Positions 57,985 to 64,000 of a stretch of 64,000 nt of DNA are shown here, piece after piece. Below the pieces are notes generated by a model that saw only the letters and a list, made by a program, of their open reading frames with translations, was not told where the DNA came from and did not search any database. Each line of letters starts with the position of its first letter. The first letter of the stretch is position 1. The position numbers and the translations under genes are program-made. The DNA comes from an uncultured delta proteobacterium (GTDB lineage Bacteria; Bdellovibrionota; FAC87; UBA2466): contig CAVZSV010000004.1 in assembly GCA_963778115.1 (NCBI GenBank), positions 2,784,001 through 2,848,000 of the forward strand, read 5' to 3'.

Positions 57985-60900
57985 ATGCAGTTAGAATCCT
58001 TGCCAAATTCTACCAGTCCTTCGGGCTCTGCCTCAGGGAATCCGACAACATCTAGCCAAAATCTTAAAGACCTCCTAGCTCCCCATTACGAGCCGGTTCG
58101 CCTTCTAAAAACTACCTTCGGAGTCAGTACGTATCTGGGGATGGAGGTAGCCTCTCGTAATAAGGTCATCATTAAAATGGTTCCTCATGAATCGCCTGGG
58201 GGAGCAAGGCTTCGCTTAGAGCATGAAGCCACTTTGCTAAGGGAACTCGATTGTGAATCTATCGCTTCCCCGTTACATTTTCGCTCCACGGTGGACTCTA
58301 CGATAATGGTATGCCCCTACGTCCCGGGAATAAGTCTGGGAGAGAAACTCTCGCGGACAAAGCTTTCGATAAAAGATACGCTTCACGTCGCGAATAAACT
58401 GATGTTGGCCTTGAAAGAAGCCCACGAACACGGAGTCCTCCACTCCGACATCAAGCCTTCTAACGTTATCGTTTCGGATGAAGTAAGCGATTCCGCCGTC
58501 ACCCTTATCGATTTTGGGTTCGCCTGGAGTTTAAAGCTCGATATTTCTCTGAGAGATATTCCTGCAGGATCCGCCAGTTATTTTGCCCCTGAGCGAGTCG
58601 GTGTGATGAAATGCATTTTCGATGAGCGATCCGATCTCTACTCCGTTGGCGTTTTGCTTTACGAGTGTTTGACTGGAAAGTGCCCATTCGGCGGAAGTGG
58701 TTTGGGGGAAATTTTTCGCAAACATCTCACTTTTTATCCTCCTCCCCTACGCCATGTAAGAGCAGAAGTCCCCAAGGCATTAGACGAACTCATTCAGCGA
58801 TTGTTGGCCAAGGATCCTCGTGAACGCTACCAAACGGCGGTCGGAGTCCTATCCGATCTAGAAGAGATTGCAAATTTGTTAGCCAGCGGAGTGGTGGCTC
58901 CCGCCGTTATCATTGGAAAATCGGATCGCAGGAGAACGTTGGCGGAGCCCGCTTTTACAGGGCGACAAGAGGAGATCCGCCAAGCGAGATTGTGGTGGCA
59001 ACAAGCGAAAGAGGGAAAAGGTGGCCTTCTTTTATTGGAAGCGGAGTCAGGCGGAGGGAAAACCCGTCTTCTCGAAGAATTGGGTAAGCAATGCCTTGCC
59101 GAAGAATGTAACGTCTTCTGGGGGCAAGGGCTCGATCAAGCAGCTCAAAGGCCATTTCAATTACTGGTAGGTGTTGCTGAACAATCCGTACGTCTTTTCT
59201 CTACCGAGCCCGAACAAAGACATTTTTTCTCGACGAAACTAAAAGATCAAGCGCAGGCCATTTGCGATGCGCTGCCCGAGTATCGGGCTCTTTTTAAGAT
59301 AAAGCCCGAAATTCTAGGTCCGGAGGATTTCGGCGAAGTCAGAAATCTCCAAGCTCTGGCTAAACTCCTCGACGAATTGGGAACCGCTAGTCGGCCGGCG
59401 TTTATCATTTTGGATGACTGTCAGTGGGCCGACGAGTTGACGCTAAAGCTGATTCAGCATTGGAGCGAGACCAGAACTAAAGCAGGAAAAGTTCATCTTC
59501 TGATTGTAATCGCCTTTCGATCCGAGGAGGTAAAGTTAGGTCACTTACTTCGGCGAATTCAACCTCTCGGTCGAATCATTTTGCCTTCCCTAAAAAGTGA
59601 GGAGATTTCGGGCGTCATCGAATCCATGGCGGGGCCTCTCCCCCCAACGGCTATCTCTTCCATCATTAAACTTGCGGATGGGAGCCCTTTTATGGCTTCC
59701 GCTGTTCTTCGAGGTCTGGTGGAATCTAAGACTCTGGTTCCCAGCCATTCGGGATGGAAAATGGAGGAGACCGATTTTGCCCGAATCAGCTCCTCGCGAG
59801 TCGCCGCTAGCTTCTTGGTGAGGAGACTAGAGTTATTACCTTCCGAACACTTGGAAGCTCTTTCTGTGGCAGCCATATTGGGAAAGGAATTTTCGATTAG
59901 TCGCGTAGTAGGGTTGAGTAAACAGGATTCGGTTCTTATCGGCCAAACGATTGGGGAAGCGCGACGACGTCATATCGTTTGGGATATGGAAAAGGGGGAT
60001 CATTTCGCTTTTGTTCATGACAAGCTCCGAGAGGCGTTGCTCTCCCGATTGGCTCCGCAGACGAAGAAGAAACTCCATCTGAAAGCCGCTCTCTTTATAC
60101 TTGAACAAGATTCACAGGCCGTGTTCGATCTGGCCTACCACTATGATGCGGCGGGAGAATATGAGAGCGCTTTGCCTTATGCGATTGCCGCGGCCACTTT
60201 GGCTCGAAAGCAAAACTCCCTAGAGATCGCCTTACAGCACTACCGTATTGCGGAGCGCGGGGTGGGTTCCGTTAAGACGGACACGCTTAGGATGTTGCGT
60301 GAAGGAATTGGAGACGTCTTATTGCTCAAAGGCGATTACACCGGGGCTGCGGAACAATATTCGACTCTGACACAATTGACTAAAGATCCCGTGGAGCGAG
60401 CCAAGTTCGAAGGGAAGTTAGGTGACATCGCTTTTCGCCGTGGGGATGTTAAAGCGGCCTGTGACCTCAGTGAGAAGGCGCTTAGAATCCTCGGGGGAAA
60501 AACTCCATCCACCGCTTTCCATTTTGCTGTGGCAGCGGGTAGAGAGATTTTTGTTCAGATTTTACATTCGCTATTTCCCCGGGTTTTCGTGGGGAGGCGA
60601 AAGACGTTTGATCCTTCGAGTGAGGAGTTTCATTGCATCAGGATCTATAGCCGAATGGCGTACATTTATTGGTTTGGACGCGGAAAGATTCCTTGCTTGT
60701 GGGCCCATTTGCGAGAGATGAATCTTGCAGAACGCTACCCTCCCACTCCCGAATTGGCTCAGGCCTATTCGGAGCACGCGCCCGTAATGACCATGATCCC
60801 TCTGTTTAATCGCGGAATCAAATACGCGAAGCGTGGGCTAGAGATGCGGCGAAAAATGGGCGATTTGTGGGGTCAAGGGCAGTCGCTTCACTTTTATGGA

Positions 60901-63063
60901 GTCGTGCTTTACGGAGCTTCTCGTTACGAGGAGTGCATTGAAAGGTGCAGGGAGGCCGTGCGCATCCTGGAAAGGACGGGAGATCGCTGGGAAGTCAATA
61001 CGGCCAATTGGCATTTGGGCTTTAGCCTCTATCGGCTGGGCGAATTGGCGGAGGCCGTGGAAGTGTGTCGGCAAGTCCATCAGGCGGGTAAAGAGATAAA
61101 CGATCGTCAAGCCGCCGGTATCAGTCTGAGCGGATGGGCCAGGGCCTCGCTGGGTAAAATACCAAAAGAAATTATCTCCGCTGAGTTACGCCAACGAAAC
61201 GGCGCCGATGCTCACACGACGGTGGAAATTTACCAGGCGGAGGGGGTACGCCTTCTGGAAGAGGGCGAAACTTCGCAGGCCGTAAAAACTTTTGGAAAAG
61301 CCATTGCGGTGACTCGGGATGCCGGTCTTCACCAAGAGTATGTCGCTCCTGTCTTTTCATGGCTGGTTACCGCACTTCGCAAAAAAGCGCAGGTGGCAAA
61401 GCAACAGTGCACTCCTTACGCTTTCCGAGAGGCCTTGGAGGAAATTAAGACCCCACTCAAAGTAGCACTGCGCCTCTCTCGAAAGTACCGCAATAACCTT
61501 CCCCATATTCTAAGGGAGGCCGGGCTGGTTGCGGCCCTAAAAGGGAAGGCCAAACTTTCTCGTCGCTATTTTGACGAAAGCGAACGGATTGCGGAGTCAC
61601 AAGGAGCCAAATTTGAATTGATGCAAACCTACGCTAGCCGTAGTTCTATTGGTGGCGAGCTGGGATGGGAGACCACGGATTCCGACGCTTCTCATGCGGC
61701 AAGATTGCGATCGGAGACGCTAGATCCGCTGGAGAAGATGTCGGCACTTCCAAAGGACTCTCCGCTGACGAAATTATCTATCGAAGACCGATTTGATACC
61801 TTGTTAGATGTAGGAAGATCGCTCTGTTCTTCACTGAGTGAGACACTCGTCTTCGAGGCCGTTAAGGACGCTGCCCTCAAACTATTGCGGGCTGAAAACT
61901 GTTTGATTTTTAAAGTCGAAGGAGATCGCATTAGTGCTGAAAATGCGGGGGGGATTCCGGAAGGGGCAGGACAACTCTTACGACGAGCCATTGAGACCGC
62001 AGTTCCCATTATTGGGGGAAGCGAAGTGATGGGAGACGGAAGCGAAAGTCTGATATTGAGCGGTTTTCGTTCGGTCCTGTGTGCCCCTATCTTGGTCAGA
62101 GGAAAAGTGGCTGGCTGTTTCTACGTCGTCCATCGCCGGGTGAGTGATCTTTTTGGGGAGGATGAAAAGCGACTAGCCTCATTTATTGGAACGCTGGCCG
62201 GCTCGGCCTTGGAAAACGTAGGAAGCTTTGCTTCCGTGGAAGCACTGAGTGAAAACCGAAAGCGAGACTTAGAGGCACTAACCAAAGTACAAGAAGAGTT
62301 GGCCAAGCGAGCGCACCTACTTGCGCAGTCTAATTCCGATCTAGAGCATTTCGCCCACATCGCCTCTCATGACTTGAAAGAGCCGGTGCGCGTGGTCCTG
62401 ACCTTCATGCAACTTCTTGAAGCGCGTACGAAAAACTCACTCGATGCGGAGTCTAATCAATTTGTCCAGATCGCCATGCAAAGTTCCAAACGTATGTATG
62501 CTTTAATAGAAGCATTGCTTCTGTACTCTCGGATTGGCTCCCATAAAGACTCGTTTGAAGAAGTGAAGGTGGACAAAAGGCTGGAAGAGGCCGTGCAAAA
62601 TTTAAAGGCTGTCATCGACGAGGCGGGAGCTGAAATTATCTTTGGCACTTTACCCGTTCTTCACGGAAACGGGATTCAAGTAATGCAACTCTTCCAAAAT
62701 CTAATCGCGAATGCGATTAAGTTCCGCTCTAAGAGAACTCCAAGGATAGTCATTGACGCGACTAGGGGGAAAGCGGAATGGATTTTTTCGGTAAGCGACA
62801 ATGGCATCGGTATTGACAGCAAGTACTCGGAAAAGATCTTTATTATCTTTCAGCGTCTGCACCGGTCGGAAGAGTATCCTGGCACGGGTGTCGGACTTGC
62901 CATCTGCAAACGCATTGTGGAACTTCACGGTGGCAGAATTTGGGTCACTTCAGAAATAGACAAGGGAACTACATTTACTTTCACAATCCCAGACAAAGAA
63001 GACACTAAAGGACTGGGACGACATAATCTTCACAATGCAGAAACGCGTTCTTTAACGATTTAA
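57985..63063 (+). CDS. Hybrid Ser/Thr kinase-AAA-TPR-GAF-histidine kinase
   Basis: HSDIKPSN, DFG; AESGGGKT, LDDCQWAD; SVLCAPI; ASHDLKEP, DNGIGI, GTGVGLAIC. Confidence 0.93.
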   Translation: MQLESLPNSTSPSGSASGNPTTSSQNLKDLLAPHYEPVRLLKTTFGVSTYLGMEVASRNKVIIKMVPHESPGGARLRLEHEATLLRELDCESIASPLHFRSTVDSTIMVCPYVPGISLGEKLSRTKLSIKDTLHVANKLMLALKEAHEHGVLHSDIKPSNVIVSDEVSDSAVTLIDFGFAWSLKLDISLRDIPAGSASYFAPERVGVMKCIFDERSDLYSVGVLLYECLTGKCPFGGSGLGEIFRKHLTFYPPPLRHVRAEVPKALDELIQRLLAKDPRERYQTAVGVLSDLEEIANLLASGVVAPAVIIGKSDRRRTLAEPAFTGRQEEIRQARLWWQQAKEGKGGLLLLEAESGGGKTRLLEELGKQCLAEECNVFWGQGLDQAAQRPFQLLVGVAEQSVRLFSTEPEQRHFFSTKLKDQAQAICDALPEYRALFKIKPEILGPEDFGEVRNLQALAKLLDELGTASRPAFIILDDCQWADELTLKLIQHWSETRTKAGKVHLLIVIAFRSEEVKLGHLLRRIQPLGRIILPSLKSEEISGVIESMAGPLPPTAISSIIKLADGSPFMASAVLRGLVESKTLVPSHSGWKMEETDFARISSSRVAASFLVRRLELLPSEHLEALSVAAILGKEFSISRVVGLSKQDSVLIGQTIGEARRRHIVWDMEKGDHFAFVHDKLREALLSRLAPQTKKKLHLKAALFILEQDSQAVFDLAYHYDAAGEYESALPYAIAAATLARKQNSLEIALQHYRIAERGVGSVKTDTLRMLREGIGDVLLLKGDYTGAAEQYSTLTQLTKDPVERAKFEGKLGDIAFRRGDVKAACDLSEKALRILGGKTPSTAFHFAVAAGREIFVQILHSLFPRVFVGRRKTFDPSSEEFHCIRIYSRMAYIYWFGRGKIPCLWAHLREMNLAERYPPTPELAQAYSEHAPVMTMIPLFNRGIKYAKRGLEMRRKMGDLWGQGQSLHFYGVVLYGASRYEECIERCREAVRILERTGDRWEVNTANWHLGFSLYRLGELAEAVEVCRQVHQAGKEINDRQAAGISLSGWARASLGKIPKEIISAELRQRNGADAHTTVEIYQAEGVRLLEEGETSQAVKTFGKAIAVTRDAGLHQEYVAPVFSWLVTALRKKAQVAKQQCTPYAFREALEEIKTPLKVALRLSRKYRNNLPHILREAGLVAALKGKAKLSRRYFDESERIAESQGAKFELMQTYASRSSIGGELGWETTDSDASHAARLRSETLDPLEKMSALPKDSPLTKLSIEDRFDTLLDVGRSLCSSLSETLVFEAVKDAALKLLRAENCLIFKVEGDRISAENAGGIPEGAGQLLRRAIETAVPIIGGSEVMGDGSESLILSGFRSVLCAPILVRGKVAGCFYVVHRRVSDLFGEDEKRLASFIGTLAGSALENVGSFASVEALSENRKRDLEALTKVQEELAKRAHLLAQSNSDLEHFAHIASHDLKEPVRVVLTFMQLLEARTKNSLDAESNQFVQIAMQSSKRMYALIEALLLYSRIGSHKDSFEEVKVDKRLEEAVQNLKAVIDEAGAEIIFGTLPVLHGNGIQVMQLFQNLIANAIKFRSKRTPRIVIDATRGKAEWIFSVSDNGIGIDSKYSEKIFIIFQRLHRSEEYPGTGVGLAICKRIVELHGGRIWVTSEIDKGTTFTFTIPDKEDTKGLGRHNLHNAETRSLTI

Positions 63064-63277
63064 TAACGCGACGTTACAACTCCCTCTCAAGCCTCCTCTC
63101 TAACAGACCGATCAGTCATTGCGGAGCCTCATTCAACTTTGTTGAACATTGCGCCTAGTAAATGGGGCTTGTAGTAACCTCGGGCAATATTTCGCGGCTA
63201 TGCGCTTTGGATTCCGTTAGTTAGCTAGGGAAATTTGCGGGGGAGAAGTTGCCCAATTTATAATTGTAGTAGGTTTT

Positions 63278-64000
63278 ATGCGCCATCCATTTCTCATTTC
63301 GGTTTTTGCTCTCGCGGCGATCGCACTCTCGGCGTGCAATCAGCTAGAACGACAAAATCCCACCGATACTTCCTCAGGTACGAATGCAAGCTCTCCGGCT
63401 TTGGTTGTCGGTTTATCAACCACCATCAAAAAGATTTCAGCGGGTCTAAAACATACCTGTGCCGTCGACACTAGCCAAAATGTCTATTGCTGGGGAGCCA
63501 ACGATGTCTTTCAATTAGGAGGGGCAACCACGGGAACCTATAGTTACGAACCCGTCGAAGTCGAACAGTTTGATGGAACGTCCACACCCTCGACCCCTCT
63601 TAGCGGGATTACCGCGATTTCGGCTGGCGATGATGCGACCTGTGCCTTGGATGGTTCCGGCCAAGTGTGGTGTTGGGGGAATAATACCAATGGAGAATTA
63701 GGTCAAGATACGGTTATTCAGTCTTCGGTTCCGGGTGCTCTGAAAGTCATGGCGGCCACGACGGGAACCCTAACGGCCTCTTCGGCATCAGTAACATCGT
63801 TTAACACCACTTCGGGAATTGTAAGTGGAATGTCGGTTTCGGGTACAGGGATCCCTAGCGGTACGACTGAGACCATTTCTGGTGGAACCGTGACGTTGAG
63901 TCAGGCAGCTACCCTGAGTGGCAATGAGGCGATCAGTTTTTACTTTAGCACGACAGGAACGTTCACCTCCGGTTCTACGTCGGTAACTTTAGCGGCGAGC
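63278..64000 (+). CDS. RCC1-repeat lipoprotein, truncated by the window end (absent from the ORF track)
   Basis: MRHPFLISVFALAAIALSAC; ISAGLKHTCAV..VYCWGAN..QLG; ISAGDDATCAL..VWCWGNNTNGELG. Confidence 0.88.
   Translation, partial: MRHPFLISVFALAAIALSACNQLERQNPTDTSSGTNASSPALVVGLSTTIKKISAGLKHTCAVDTSQNVYCWGANDVFQLGGATTGTYSYEPVEVEQFDGTSTPSTPLSGITAISAGDDATCALDGSGQVWCWGNNTNGELGQDTVIQSSVPGALKVMAATTGTLTASSASVTSFNTTSGIVSGMSVSGTGIPSGTTETISGGTVTLSQAATLSGNEAISFYFSTTGTFTSGSTSVTLAAS

Noticed and set aside
63235..63474. 79-aa ORF from the track
   Set aside because: Off-frame overlap with the RCC1 lipoprotein starting at 63278.

Overview
Gene-dense bacterial chromosomal window (about 50% GC) with no rRNA, tRNA, CRISPR array, transposase or prophage core that I can recognise. 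The many secreted hypothetical proteins, proteases and sigma54/sigma28-type promoters suggest a Bdellovibrionota/Oligoflexia-like, possibly predatory, Gram-negative host; this is inference. Recognisable content: tcdA; pnuC plus a NadR-like kinase; a nitroreductase; a GH66-like glycosidase; a kdpFABC-porin operon facing a split KdpD(N-terminal+USP)/KinB-like kinase/AlgB-like sigma54 activator module; C11, S10, S53 and trypsin-like proteases; mgtC; a polysaccharide cluster (flippase, two GH26, two GT4, outer-membrane barrel, methyltransferase); an adenylate cyclase-Crp pair; an ECF sigma/Ser-Thr kinase pair; a large kinase-AAA-GAF-histidine kinase hybrid; and a partial RCC1 lipoprotein. Main candidates: (1) signal-peptide-bearing proteins carrying normally cytoplasmic domains (a release-factor-like protein lacking GGQ, a protein with six sigma4-like repeats, an HD hydrolase, a SAM methyltransferase), several with an early Cys motif, which may be delivered effectors; (2) an unannotated Pro-Pro-Pro leader peptide with hairpins upstream of mgtC; (3) a sigma54 Kdp regulon with a readable tandem enhancer shared with a second porin, plus an extra small membrane peptide; (4) an unannotated 23-aa hydrophobic peptide locus with type I toxin-like architecture; (5) a palindromic repeat element that supplies the flippase C-terminus.
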